From contig NC_043009.1 of NCBI RefSeq assembly GCF_006345805.1, positions 5,394,001 through 5,458,000 of the forward strand: a DNA stretch of 64,000 nt. The letters are read 5' to 3'. A model generated the notes under the pieces. That model made no database searches. It saw nothing but the letters and a program-made list of their open reading frames with translations, and had not been told where the DNA came from. This document shows positions 50,629 through 64,000 of the stretch, piece after piece. A program made the translations under genes and the position numbers. Each line of letters opens with the position of its first letter. The first letter of the stretch is position 1. Source of the stretch: Octopus sinensis (Eukaryota).

Positions 50629-51510
50629 GACAGGTTTACACGCAGATTCTCTCTCACAAATTCACTCACAAGACACTGGTTGGCCAGCGGCTAAATTTGA
50701 AGACACTTACCCAGGATGTGGGGCAAGGGGACTGAACCCAAAACCTCGTGCTTGAAATGAGATCTTCTAAATTACACGCTCGAACCTGTTTCTGAATAGA
50801 CGTGTCGTATGCCTATACTGAAGTATGTAAAGTAAGCAATAAAGGAATAAATAACTCAATAGATGTCATCACGATTGTATATTTACAGCCATTTGAGGTT
50901 TCTTTTCTCGATATTTTGTATACTAAACCTGCCATAACACTGAAACACTCAAAAGGTTGAAATTTATTTTACAAGTGAATTGTTAACGACAATACAATTT
51001 TTATTTTCCTATTAGCAAGTTCAAAATAATGTGATAGCAAGAATTTGTAAATTGGGAGAAGGACTATTTGATAGAATAAGATAAAGGGGAAAGTCTACCG
51101 CCAAAAGGTTAAATTGTACAGAGGCACGAATTTGAAGATTTATGAGATGAAGTGTAAACTTGAGGTCGTGATATTTATTCGTGTTTGAAAAACGTTAACA
51201 TCGTAAGTGAAAACGATAAAGTATAAAGTATGTTTTCTTCGTTCAGCACGAACAACCCATAGCTAGTCGTCTTGAACAGTTTATGATTATGAATACAGAT
51301 TTGTTATATAAATACAGGTGGCATTTCTTTAAGAAGAAATAAATCGTCAATACATTCGCTATGTCACTAATTGTTCATTTATTCGATTCGCACTGATAAA
51401 GAGATTTGAACTTAGAAACTAGATAAACAAAACTACAGAACTAGTTTAATACTGCGCTCATTCAGCTGTCTCCACTTCCTTAGTATTTTAAATATAAACC
51501 AACTGACGTT

Positions 51511-52150
51511 CTTATATTTATGCCTTTATTGCCCACAGGAGGCTAAACATAGAGGGGACAAACAAGGACAGACAGACGGATTAAGTGGATTACATTGATC
51601 TCAATGCGTAACTGATACTTATTTAGTCGACCTCGTAAGGATGAAAGGCAAAGTCGACCTCGGTGGAATTTGAACACAGAACGTAGAGCCAGACGAAATA
51701 TTGCTGAGCATTTCGCCCTGCGTGCTAACGTTTCTTATTTCTTTATTGCCCACAAAGGGCCAAACATAGAAGGGACAAGCAAGGACAGACAAACGGATTA
51801 AGTCAATTACATCGACGCCAGTGCGTAACTGGTACTTAATTTATCGACCCGGAAAGGATGAACGGCAAATTCGACCTCGGCGGAAATTGAACTCAGAACG
51901 TAACGACAGATGAATTACCTATTTCTTTACTAACCATAAAGGACTAAACACAGAGGAGACAAACAAGTACAGACAAACGGATTAAGTCGATTACATCGAT
52001 CTCGGTGCGTAACTGATACTTAATTTATCGATCTCGAAAGGATGAAAGGTAAAGTCGATCACGGCGGAATTTGAACTCAGAACGCAGCGGCGGACGAAAT
52101 ACCACAAAGTATTTCGCCCGGCGTGCTAACGTTTCTGCCAGCTCGCCGCC
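51511..52150 (-). mobile_element. Trimeric SINE family A
   Basis: Unit 1 is 52150-51919, headless unit 2 is 51918-51734, and unit 3 restarts at aaacgttagcacg. Junctions match those of 43718-44335. Confidence 0.92.
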
Positions 52151-52275
52151 TAACCCCCATACTAATATTTGGACAAACATAACGCTGTGAATTCTCTATA
52201 GTCTAAGCCGGTTCATACATATTCATGCTAAATTACGAAGTAAAGCCGAATTCCATCCCAATTCAATATGAATAT

Positions 52276-52330
52276 AATAATAATAATAGTAGTAGTAGTA
52301 GTAGTAGTAATAATAATAATAATAATAATA

Positions 52331-52372
<42 letters not shown>

Positions 52373-52410
52373 TAATAATAATAACAACAACAACAATAAT
52401 GATGATGATA
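52276..52410. repeat. Compound (AAT)n(AGT)n(AAC)n(GAT)n array
   Basis: Direct inspection. Confidence 0.95.
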
Positions 52411-52960
52411 TCTCTCTTTAAAGAAATTCGTGGCAGATGTATCAAGGAAGTTCTAGTAAATATTTATTCTTCAAAGTTTGTGTTGAAATAAATATCTGAA
52501 TCCAGACGTTCCTGCGGTAATTATCTAGAGGAAGAAATTGTTTACATGACTACAGAGGGTAGAAAAGCCCTGGCTTTAAAAATACTTATAGTCATCTGCC
52601 AACGAATATGAATATGAAACCTTTGTTTAATATCTGGGAAATTTCTGTTTTAAATTGACATTTTATCTGTGACTCTGCTCCATTCTACTTTTTCTCTAGA
52701 CACGTAGATATATAGATGCATACAAACATACACACAATTCTATACGAACATACGTACATAAATACATACATCTATAAAATCGCACACACAGCAGAAATAA
52801 ATTGAATTGTTAGATCTGTTAGATGAGAATTAATTAATTTCTACAAGAAATAGCTTTTATATTCTTCAACCCTTGTTTATATTATAATTCCAAGTGGGTT
52901 TTTTTTCTCGATTATTCGTGGCTTTCATCGTATTTAACTGCCTTTGTTTCCTTTTTCCAG

Positions 52961-53007
52961 ACGTGGTATTGTATTTCTTTGTCACGTCATTATAAATTAC
53001 TTTGTAT
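52961..53007 (+). other. Candidate 47-nt exon
   Basis: aactgcctttgtttcctttttccag|ACGTGG...TTTGTAT|gtgagt. Open frames are RGIVFLCHVIINYFV or TWYCISLSRHYKLLC. No protein recognised. Confidence 0.27.
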
Positions 53008-53116
53008 GTGAGTGTTTCCAGGGAAGCCGTATTAGTATCTCTGTAAGAAGACATTAACGCACACCACCAACTTCACAAGCGCATGGAAACCTAAATATAT
53101 GTGTACCGTGTGTGTG

Positions 53117-53149
<33 letters not shown>

Positions 53150-53211
53150 GTCTATCTATCTATCTATCTATCTATATATATATAATATATATATATATAT
53201 ATAATATATAT

Positions 53212-53245
<34 letters not shown>

Positions 53246-53424
53246 ATATATATATACATACATACATATATATATACACATACATATATATACATATATA
53301 TATATACACATACATATATATACACACACACACATATATATATAATATATATATATATATATACACATATATATATATCCACACATGTATATATATAGAT
53401 ATATATATACATAAATAAGACACA

Positions 53425-53499
<75 letters not shown>

Positions 53500-53947
53500 T
53501 AGATGTATGTATGTATATTTATATATAAGTGAGGATAGATAGGATAGCTATATGTCTATGTTCTTTGTGCAACGCGGTTTTTCGAAGTTACCCTCACTGC
53601 ATAATAACTGTGGCACTTGTAAATCTCACACAAATCATTCATCCCCTTCTTCGTTAAGATCTCTCTATCAGTACACTGTCAGTAAACGTCTTTCAGTAAC
53701 GTACGGCTTCTATAATTATCGTCTATATTGACTACTTACTACAATTTCATTCGAAACCCTCACTATTTTGTCATACATTTTGATCCACTTCATTTCACTG
53801 CTTCATAAACGTGTCAATGTTTGCTTATTTTTCAATACTTATAAGACGTTTTACAATGGTACTTTTACGATTTCATAACTACTTAGTTTGCAACTTTTCC
53901 GAGGATTTACACTCGCACACAAACACACAAACACACAAACACACATA

Positions 53948-54120
53948 TAGGCGCAGGCGTGGCTGCATGGTAAGAAGTTCGCTTCCCAACCACATGACTC
54001 CAGGTTCTGTCCGACTGCCTAGAACCTTGGCCATCTGCATTTTACTGTAGCCTCTGGCCGACCAAAACCTTGTGTGCGGATTTGGTCCACGGAAACTAAA
54101 ATTGACCCGTAGTGTATACA
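53948..54120 (+). mobile_element. SINE family B head module
   Basis: ggcgcaggcgtggctgcatggtaagaag...ccttggccatctgc...ccgaccaaaaccttgtgtgcggatttgg. Confidence 0.82.
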
Positions 54121-54136
54121 TATATATATAGATATA

Positions 54137-54167
<31 letters not shown>

Positions 54168-54388
54168 CCACAACTGATTTGATTTGAAAACCCACTAGAA
54201 TGGGAGCAAGCGCTAATCCGAATGATATATATATATTAAAAAATGTATATATAAATAAATATCTACAAATATAACCATCTGATCTGATTACCTCAATTTT
54301 TCTAATATATATAATATATATATATATAATATCATATTATATGCATAGATACGTACATATATATATATATATATCATAAATATACATT

Positions 54389-54434
<46 letters not shown>

Positions 54435-56263
54435 GAGAGAGAGAGAGAGAGAGAAAGGTGGATACATAGACAGATAGGTAGATAGAAAGTAGATATACGC
54501 ATTCAGACATACCTATAGAAAATATATATATGAATACGTGAAATCGACAGAGATAATGGGTTTTATACATATATTTATGTATTACTTGCTTAAAGCTGTT
54601 TCAGATATGCATTTGGGTGTGATCATTGTACAATCTTATCGTTCGATGTTTTGATCCGCTGAAAATATCGGGGACTGTTAATCAAATCCATCTTCTTCTG
54701 CCCCGAAACAGCCAAAACCCTTTGCTTTGGTGTACAAAGCAATTTAAAACGAATTGTGCAAAAAAAAAAAGAAAAGAAAGAAGAAAAAAGATGCATGTGT
54801 GTGATTTAACGTATATATTGCAAAAATACAGATATAATCGGAAACGCTTTTCAGGACTTCGGAAGATGGTGAGTATTAGTGACGAAATTCTTCGCAATTT
54901 GGAGACTCTTCTCTCAAGATGTCTACGCATGAACTTCGTTAATTGTCGCCGTGGCCTTAGCGGCTTTTTAACTGAATAACGGCTTAAGTCTACTAATATT
55001 CAAACTGATAGATTGTTCAGATTAGTACATAGTAAGCGTAAAAAAATATATCCATAAAATAAAGCAATGAAGTATCTATGACGAATATCAGAAGCAACGG
55101 AAAAAATAATTTTACTAAGCTGTATACGTCTTGGTTGTACAGGCCCATTATCCTTATCAATTTCTCATTTCAATATACATATGTATTTTGTGTCTGAGAC
55201 AATATAATCAGCATTTTTACAGACTATGAAAGAAATGCAACTTGCAAATGAAGTAGGATAAACTGTGGCTCAAAATCGGGCCCAAATTCTGTTCAGACCT
55301 TTTAAGAAAACTTTAAATTCTGAAATAATGAGAACTGACTTGAATCATTTCATAAATATTTAAATAGCATCCGTATTATAGAGTTAGGAAATCTCTGATT
55401 CAATCAGGATATGAGGTGGGAACTCTATGTCTGCCTCATTCAAAGCAGTATATTTTACAGAATGCATGTGGGGATTCCCTAAAAGAAATGTATGACTATA
55501 AAGAAATACATACTTTCAGCAAAGTTATTGAATACCCTATCAATCCTTAACTACACCATGAAATTTTATTGTAGTAAATGATATAAACATTGAATGAATG
55601 TTTGCTTCACTTTAAATAGATTTATTTTTCAATGTCAGATTCCATTCCAAATAAATACAACTTTCTGTTCTTTATGTTACAGTATGAAATTCCTGAGATA
55701 ACTAAATATAAATTAGCACTAGTTTTCTTAAAATTATCCCAATCCACTTGCGTAGAATAGGGACAAATATATGACTTTTTCATCTGACATGATATAAAAT
55801 TTCTTGTTTGAACTGACTAGGGAAATCTTACTGCTGTTCCGACTGAAATTTCATTGTCAATTACAAAAGCAGTAATAATAATAAACTATTATAAAGCATA
55901 TTATATTCCGTTATTTATTTTTGACATATTTTGAAGGAAATTTAATGTAAACACATAAAAGTTCTTTGCAGTAGCTTGACAGGACAGAGATTAAGAAACA
56001 TCAATGCATAAAGCGCTTGAAAGTCATGAATTTTGACGTTCATTCATAGAACGGGAGTTCTCTTTGTCGTCGTAACTAACGTAAAAAGGACAGCATTCTA
56101 GGAGTTGTGACACACAGAAACATCAGCTTCAAGTTTCGAAATTATAAATATATGACTGCTGTGTCCTTCTTTATTGATGTATTGATTAACTTTCCTTCTT
56201 GGATACACGCAATGTATACGTACTTGCCTGTGTGCGTGTACACATATGCGTGTGTGAGTATTC

Positions 56264-56300
<37 letters not shown>

Positions 56301-56371
56301 CATATATATGTATGTATATATGTACATATATATATATATATGTATATATATGTATATATATGTATATATAT

Positions 56372-56405
<34 letters not shown>

Positions 56406-56406
56406 A

Positions 56407-56441
<35 letters not shown>

Positions 56442-56944
56442 GTAAATATAAATATGTATATATATATATATAAATATAAAAATATATATGTGTATGTATG
56501 TATGTATGTATCGAAAACATAGTAGCTCATACACGTTTGCATATATATCTACGTATATAGATATATGTATGTATGTGCGCATGTGCGTTGTGTGCGGGTG
56601 TGCGTACGCACATGCTCGTATTTGTACGAGTGTGGGAGTGGATGTGTGGGCGTGTGTCAGTACGGTGCGTGGCTGTGAATGTGTATTCGCTCTCACATAC
56701 AAGCACTCACACGCAGGCACGCATATATCAGTAGCGACACCTGCTGCATGTGACATCACGTGCCATGTTAAAAATCGAAGTCATATAATTGACGTAGATT
56801 ACATACAACATGCATGTAACCTATTTCCTGGTTTCTCTTATATAAAATGGAAAATGCATATCAAATTCTGATTTGTTATTTGCAGTCATTTATATAGGAA
56901 GCTTATAGTATGTCCTTGGCATTCATGCAGAAAACTTGTGTGCA

Positions 56945-57251
56945 TTTTCTTCTTCTTCTTCTTCTTCTTCTTCTTCTTCTTCTTCTTCTTCTTCTTCTTC
57001 TTCTTCTTCTTCTTCTTTTCTTCTTCTTTTTCTTCGACTTTTTCTTCTTCTTCTTCTTCTTCTTCTTCTGCTGCTCCTCCTCCTCCTCCTCCTTCTTCTC
57101 ATCCTTCTTCTTCTTACTGTTATTATTATTATTATTATTATTATCATCATCATCATCATCATTATTATTATCATTATTATTATTAATATTCAGTAGTTTT
57201 ATTTTTATTATCATTATTAATATTATTATTATTATTATTATTATTGGTAGT

Positions 57252-57294
<43 letters not shown>

Positions 57295-57385
57295 TAGTAG
57301 TAGTAGTAGTAGTTGTAATAGTAGTAGTAGTAGTATTAGTAGCTGTAGTAATAGTAGTAGTTTTAACAGTAGTAGTGGTAGTGTG
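56945..57385. repeat. Compound trinucleotide array (TTC)n(CTC)n(ATT)n(ATC)n(GTA)n
   Basis: Direct inspection; explains the homopolymeric ORFs at 56903-57394. Confidence 0.97.
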
Positions 57386-57692
57386 ACGGCGCATGGGTCA
57401 GTGGTTAGAGCGCCGGGCTCACGATCATGAGGTAGTGATTTCGATTCCCGGACTAGGCTGAGCAAGACATTTACTTCACGTTGGTTCATTTCAGCTGTAG
57501 AAATGAATTGCGACGTCGCTGGCGCCAAGTTGTATCGGCTTTTGACTTTCCCGTGGATAAGACTGGCGGCGTAGAGAGGGGGTGGCGGATATTTATGGGC
57601 AACTGCTGGGCTTCCATAAACAACATTGCCTGGACTTGTACACCGGAGGGTAAGTACCTAGGTGTAATCCCATTGTCATATATGACCAAAGT
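57385..57692 (+). mobile_element. tRNA-derived SINE family D
   Basis: gacggcgcatgggtcagtggttagagcg (A box), ttcgattccc (B box), gagcaagacatttacttcac (CORE-like), and a distinct 3' body. Confidence 0.75.
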
Positions 57693-57747
57693 AGATCTTA
57701 ACTCTTTACCAGTAGTAGTAGTGGTGGTAGTAGTGGTGGCAGTGATG

Positions 57748-57793
<46 letters not shown>

Positions 57794-60779
57794 CAGCAGC
57801 AGCACTAGTAGTTGCTGCTGTTATTGTCGTTGTAGTAGAAGCAACAGCAGAAGTAGCAACAGAATCCTGAGCAGCAGTGGTGTTTGGATTTTGGCGCTAG
57901 AATTAATTATTTGTGCGAGAAGCATTAGATATAACAGTATGTCTGGTGTTAATGATATGAAAATTGCTATCGTAACTTCTGTTGATTTGTATTGCTGTTG
58001 GTGCTTGTGAAATGGGAAATCTTGAAGGATTTGATATTAACTGAAGCAATCATAATGGGAACGTAGTTGACGTTAATTTCATCGGTGATTCAAGCGTCTT
58101 AGGTAATAACACCGTTGCTCAAAAGACTAATATCGATAGCAATAATGGTGAGAATCCAAATTTCCAATCACTGATAAGGACTGAACTATATCGATTTCAA
58201 GTACCTCAGTAATCCTTCCGCAGTGCGCTGAACAATACAGCGAGTTAAAATGTGGAAAAGAAATAAAAGAAATAACAACGATTTCTTTGAATGTGTAAAA
58301 CTCTCACGAAATTCAATCTTCTTCCCACGACTGCAATGAATTCGTGACAAAAGCACTCAAATTCCAAACAACCCAGTTTGAACCAACACTGGAGCCTCAA
58401 CATAGACGTCATTTTTGCTAGACATAGCAGTCAAATTTTCCTTACGCAGTGAAATACGTTCTGGCGAAAACAGGTCATTCAAACCGTACCTTCGATATAC
58501 CTTACCCGTGTTTCAGACACTGGACTGCGGCCATGCTGTGGCACCATTATGTGGGGTTTAGCAGTGTAAATTCACACCAGTACTTATCTTTAAGTTTGGT
58601 TCTCATTCAATCGTTACCTTTTGCCGGACTGCAATGTTACGGAGGGCGTAAACAAATCAAAGCCTTGTGTCGTCTGGTGGTGGGGTGTAAAGCCAAAGAC
58701 AACCACACACACACACATACATACATGCATACATACATACATTATGTAGAGCGGGTGCAACTGTGTTGGAAAAAATATTGATAATGCACATGAGTAAATG
58801 TTAAGAGCAATGTAAAACTTTTTATTAATGTATATGCAAATGCTTTAATGGTTCGCGTAGGCATTGCGAGGCTAATAACCTGGTGGAGAGCAATATAAAC
58901 ATGTTTTAGAAGGAAGGGTTTGTGGAGTAAAAAGAGGTGATGAAAATACGAGATAGCAAAAGATTAAACGATTATCTTATGACAGAAAAAAACCTAAGCT
59001 AATGAAGTTCAAAAGAATCATGTTTTACTCATTTCCATATATGGAAATTTATAACAAATAAGTACAATGTTTGTAAACGCTCTTTAGCACACACACACAC
59101 ACACACACAAGCGCACACATATACAAACACTCACGCAGTCACAGAAGTACACAAACGTATACATATGTTTAAATGTGTTTTTTTTCTGCACATATATGTA
59201 TATAATTGTATGTGGTGTGTCTCTGTGAGTGTGTTTGTATGTTTGTATGTGTGTGTCTGTATGAGCGTGTGCGTGTGTGCGATCGTCTGCTTGTGTATGC
59301 CTATGTGCGAGTGTGGGCATTCCTATATGTGCGTACCGAAAACATAAGTGCTGCTACATGTTTGCATATATATCTATATATATATAGCTGTATGTATGTG
59401 ATGCGCATGTAAGTATATATATATATATATATATATATGTTTGTGTGTATGTGTGTGTGTGAGTGTGCATGCGTGTTCGTCTGTGTATGTGTGTGTGTTT
59501 GTGTGTGCCTACGTGTGCGAGCAGTCTTTGGTAAAATCCTATTCGAGTGAAAATGAAGTTTGCTTATATACTAGGAACAACTTAACTGATTCAAGACTAC
59601 ATGAGTTTACTCAAGAATACGTGATTTTCCTCATAAATTTTCTTCACATCGAAAGCCCACCTTCCTCTTAATATCAGTCAACTTTTAGATAGGAAGGTAA
59701 TAATCCAAATACTTTCGAGAGGCAGATATTCTATCAAGAGTTTCAATATCAACGTCACCCGATTAGAAGTCTTCAAAATACTCGAGTTCACATGCGTTTA
59801 GAAATATGGATTATGTTTTTCATATCGTTTTGAAGATTGATTGAATATGGATTTTTATCATCAGCACTTTCAGAACATTACGGCTTTCGGCTACTCTATA
59901 GGATTAGCTTCTAGTGAGAGAGTAAGGATGTGTTATCGTGTCCCCTTTACTAAACAACAGCAGTCATTATTCACAATCTTTTCGGTGCATATTGTCACAC
60001 TGAGATTATTGGATAACAGCATACGATTAGCATGAAAAATGGTGGATATTGCTTCTGTTATTTTTAACCATCTCTTTTCATCTTGTTTCTATGAGAAGTA
60101 GAAACCGTATGTTTTGTAGGTCTGAGTGTAAATGCGAGTTGATTTTCTTTGGTTCTCATTTTTGCGGGAGTATTATACACACAGAAGATGCTTTAATGCA
60201 GAATATGCATTCCCGTAAATACTCTCTCCTTAAATTCTTGCTATTTAAATTATATTTTCTCTAAATGAGTGATAAATAGGTCCTTTAATAGGTCACTTCA
60301 CAGGTTCTTTGATGAAATTGAAACAACCGCTAGTGTGTCAACACATTTTTATATTTAAACTTATTTTATTCGACAGGCGTCCAGACGGAAATAATATCTT
60401 CATTAAGCCTGAAAATAATATATAAAGTTGGCAATAACATTTCAAATGGAGAGAAGTCACTAACATCCCCTTTTAACCAAAATATCCTAACATTTCACAA
60501 GAAGGGTATTTTCTTTCGAATGCTCATTAAATTATCGCTTTGACATAAATTCGCTGTGCAACCATGAATTTTACAACCATATTTGAACTGAAAGGACCTC
60601 GCGTGATACATTTTAAACTAAGACCTATGAAAGTGCCAATACGCAACCATCGAGCGGCATTAACTGGGTATGTCTGTGACAAGCTTTTAAGATGGATTTT
60701 CTCATTCCTAACACAAGTTCCTTGTAAATAATTATCATCAGCGATTACCATAATACTATGCGGTATCTTCTATATATAC

Positions 60780-60960
60780 AGGCGCAGGCGGGTTTGTGTT
60801 GTAAAAGCTTGCTTCGCAACCGCATGTTACGGAGTTCAGAACCACGCAGTAGCATCTGGGTCAAGTGTTTTCTGATATAGATTCAGGACGACCAAAGCAT
60901 TGTGAGTGAATTTGGTTGACGGCAAATGAAAATGCACCATATATGCGTATGTGTGTATAT
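60780..60960 (+). mobile_element. SINE family B head module, decayed
   Basis: aggcgcaggcgggtttgtgttgtaaaagcttgcttcgcaacc...ccaaagcattgtgagtgaatttgg. Confidence 0.78.
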
Positions 60961-60982
60961 ATGCTATACTATATAGTTCATT

Positions 60983-61357
60983 GTGGAGGCGCAATGGCCC
61001 AGTGGTTAGGGCAGCGGACTCGCGGTCGTAGGATCGCGTAGGACCGGGCATTGTGAGTGTTTATTGAGCGAAAACACCTAAAGCTTCACGAGGTTCCCGC
61101 AAGGGGTGGTGGTGAGCCCTGCTGTACTCTTTCACCACAACTTTCTCTCATCTTTCTTCCTGTTTCTGTTGTACCTGTATTTCAAAGGGCCAGCCTTGTC
61201 ACACTCTGTGTCACGCTGAATCTCCTCGAGAACTACGTTAAGGGTACACGTGTCTGTGGAGTGCTCAGCCACTTGCACGTTAATTCCACGAGCAGGCTGT
61301 TCTGTTGATCGTATCAGCTGGGACCCTCATCGTGGTAGCCGACGGAGTGCTCCTATA
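60983..61357 (+). mobile_element. tRNA-derived SINE family C (tail type 2) with 13 bp TSD
   Basis: gtggaggcgcaatggcccagtggttagggcagcggactcgcggtcg...ctctttcaccacaactttctctca...accgacggagtgc-like end. TSD tatatagttcatt at 60970-60982 and 61358-61370. Confidence 0.88.
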
Positions 61358-63568
61358 TATATAGTTCATTATGTAAACGTATACGTACATCTTTACATCA
61401 ATATGTATGCTTAGCATAATATAGTTTTACATTCTCAAATTAATGACAATATGAAAATGTAAATTATGTTCTAAATATATACGCAAAATTCATCATTTAT
61501 ATGCAAAGTAAATGGAAGGCTAGAACTGGACAAGATTTCTTAAATTTGATCTGCAAAAAAAAAAATGTGAAATAGTCTTGCATTGTATTAGCATTTGTAA
61601 CAGAAGAATTTCCGCTATGAATGCACTCAAATCGATTACGCCTAGGCACTCGTAAAAAATAAGCATAAAACGGAATTTACAATCCTTGACTTAAGTAAAA
61701 TAAGAGGAAAAAAAATAGAATATAAGTAGATATAAAGAAAATATAATGAAAATAATTAAAAAATAATTTGGGGATAAGGAAACCAAAGAAGACAAGAACA
61801 TTATATAAATGATGAGTAGGTTGTTCAGCTGTGGCTAAGAATTCGAAAAGCATTTATGCATGAGTGCTTCAAGCGAGGGAGTTACAAGTGGACTTAAGGA
61901 TTATGTTCTTCAATTAACAATGTTTATTCAAAATCAGCCTTCGATTACATTTGTTCTTAATAAAAATGATGCTACTACGATCTCACACACACGCGAATAT
62001 ACACATTTAATATTCCAAGTCATATAGCATATGCCATGTACAATGTACATCCATTAATATTCTGCCATGTACAATGTACATATATACACACACATATCTA
62101 TAAACGCACACGTGTGAGCTACATGTATCAATTCGGCAGCACAAGTTCTTTTTCTCAAAGAGGTTTTAATGGAATGATACACTTCACTGAGAGACAAAGT
62201 TTACAACTTCTGAAATCGTCATGGCTGCGATTCGCTTTTTATCAATGATATCTGACTCATAATTTTGTTAAAATTCTCCTCCTTTAAAGTTCATACATCT
62301 TTAAATAATTCCTGATGTCTAAATGTATACATACACATGTAGTTCGATAAACTAAAGGGTGTTATAATTACTTGCTTGGTGCTTCTACTTGAAATCTATC
62401 TCTTCCTATTCATTGTATCTTTTGAAACCGCTAGTACGATTTAGTGGGCACTATTTCCTTTGAAAATACTTCTGGAAAGCGGAAAAGCGGGTTGCCCCTT
62501 TGTTTTGTGTTTACAACTCGCTAATTGGCAGAAACATTGTTATTTTCAGTGGTAAACACAGTACCAGATGGTCGCCTACTTCAAAATCTCACAAGGATGT
62601 AATCAAACAAAATAATGCGCGTTAAAGCGTTACCGCTGTCTCAAAGTTTTAAAGATCTTATATACTGCATATTGGTAAGCTATGATTGATAGGGTAGAAA
62701 AATCTTTGGCAACATTTGTTTCTGTATTGTTGCTATTACGAATATAACTGATGCTCCGTAAGTAATGACTATCTTAGTACTAGGAGCTAATTTAATGTTT
62801 CGTTATTATAATGAGCTGCCTCATTACTCTTATTTCCTACCTCACGAGAAAGTGAATAGGTGCTAAAAATTGTTTTTTATTCTATTTATGACCGTTTTCT
62901 ATGAAAGCAATTCTTAGCAGTTTATGAATCGAATTTTATTCCTAATGCATTAAAAATATTACCTATATCAGAATAGACGAATATTACTATTTAACAATAT
63001 TCATTTCGATCTTCAGTTCCCTTTGTAAGGGACCTTATTTCTTGGCAACTACGTTTGACTTACAAATATAGCAAAACAGCGAATACTTGCGACGTGCAGC
63101 GACAATACTAATATATGAAAGGTTATTAGATACATCACTTCTACATTTCTAGGAACATCAGTTGCTTTAAAGACGGTTGAACCCCTACTATATATATTTA
63201 CGAAGAAACTAATGTCTATATTACAGAAATTCATGAAACGTAGAGCTCTACGCCGCAAAGGATAAAAAGTGTCATGTTAACTGTTAGGAAAGAGATAATC
63301 TATTTGTTTATTCTAACTATTACACATATCACTACATATATTGCATTTGTATTTGGGAAATTAATTGTATGATCCACTTAACGATAACGAAACAGAAACA
63401 AGATCGTCATCCATTTTATAATATCAACAATAATGTTTACTTATAAATTAATAGAATGACATACATTTGGAATTATTTTGGTTTAGTAGATGTGTCTGGT
63501 ATTTTTGAGAGGGGAGAATGGTATGTGAGGATTTCGATATTACGTGTACATTATTTTTTTTTACTTAG

Positions 63569-63571
63569 CGC
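63569..63571 (+). other. Candidate 3-nt microexon (CGC)
   Basis: cattattttttttttacttag|CGC|gtaagt. Confidence 0.22.
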
Positions 63572-63799
63572 GTAAGTGACATTGTTTTTCACAAGTACAG
63601 GGGTAGTGAAAGTAATTATGAAAGGAAATCAACATAACTAAGTGAAACAAAGCTAGGTAAATTCCTTCCATTCGGCTTGTACGGTGTTTCTTTCTAAGTG
63701 TGTCATTGACAAGGTATTGGCCAAGCAAGGAGATCAATATATGCGAAATGGACTTAACCATTTAGGGTTTCTTAATCATAAGTCACACTCATACATGCA

Positions 63800-63962
63800 T
63801 ACATATATATGCATATATATAGATATATAGATAAATAGATAGATAGATAGATAGATAGATATATAGACAGATAGATAGGTATATATATATATATATATAT
63901 ATAGATATATAGATAAATAGATAGATAGATATATAGACAGATAGATAGGTATATATATATAT

Positions 63963-64000
<38 letters not shown>
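63800..64000. repeat. (GATA)n/(TA)n compound microsatellite with an internal higher-order repeat
   Basis: The block atatatagatatatagataaatagatagat...agacagatagataggt occurs twice. Confidence 0.95.

Noticed and set aside
58010-58210. ORF with one in-frame TGA (possible readthrough or selenocysteine)
   Set aside because: The Asn/Asp/Gly-rich content reflects a decayed trinucleotide repeat, and no SECIS-like structure was seen.
21-63761. Most ORFs in the supplied track (YI, CV, HT repeats; poly-N, -L, -I, -R, -F)
   Set aside because: They are translations of di- and trinucleotide microsatellites or of SINE bodies, open on several frames and both strands, with no domain content.

Overview
AT-rich eukaryotic DNA that is intronic or intergenic. 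The repeat landscape is cephalopod-like, most likely Octopus; this is inferred from the repeat families and microsatellite load and was not database-checked. I can support no intact host protein-coding gene, tRNA/rRNA gene or CRISPR array. Nearly all ORFs in the supplied track are translations of (TA)n, (CA)n or trinucleotide microsatellites. The window holds many tRNA-derived SINEs of at least four architectures, including a recurring fixed trimer, plus two non-autonomous Helitrons. It also holds decayed Tc1/mariner elements (one DD41D-type) and a Charlie/SPIN-like hAT remnant. Other mobile elements are CR1-like and R4/Dong-like LINE 3' fragments and several MITE/fold-back hairpins. Three duplications bounded by microsatellites (two tandem, one inverted) could be real or assembly artefacts. 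The most notable observation is a ~260 bp fold-back element (50254-50511) whose arms each carry a type I hammerhead-ribozyme-like motif, one per strand. A second, unrelated hammerhead-like motif with a variant core lies at 10906-10944 (-). A few strong splice-signal pairs (possible exons or microexons) are listed at low confidence.
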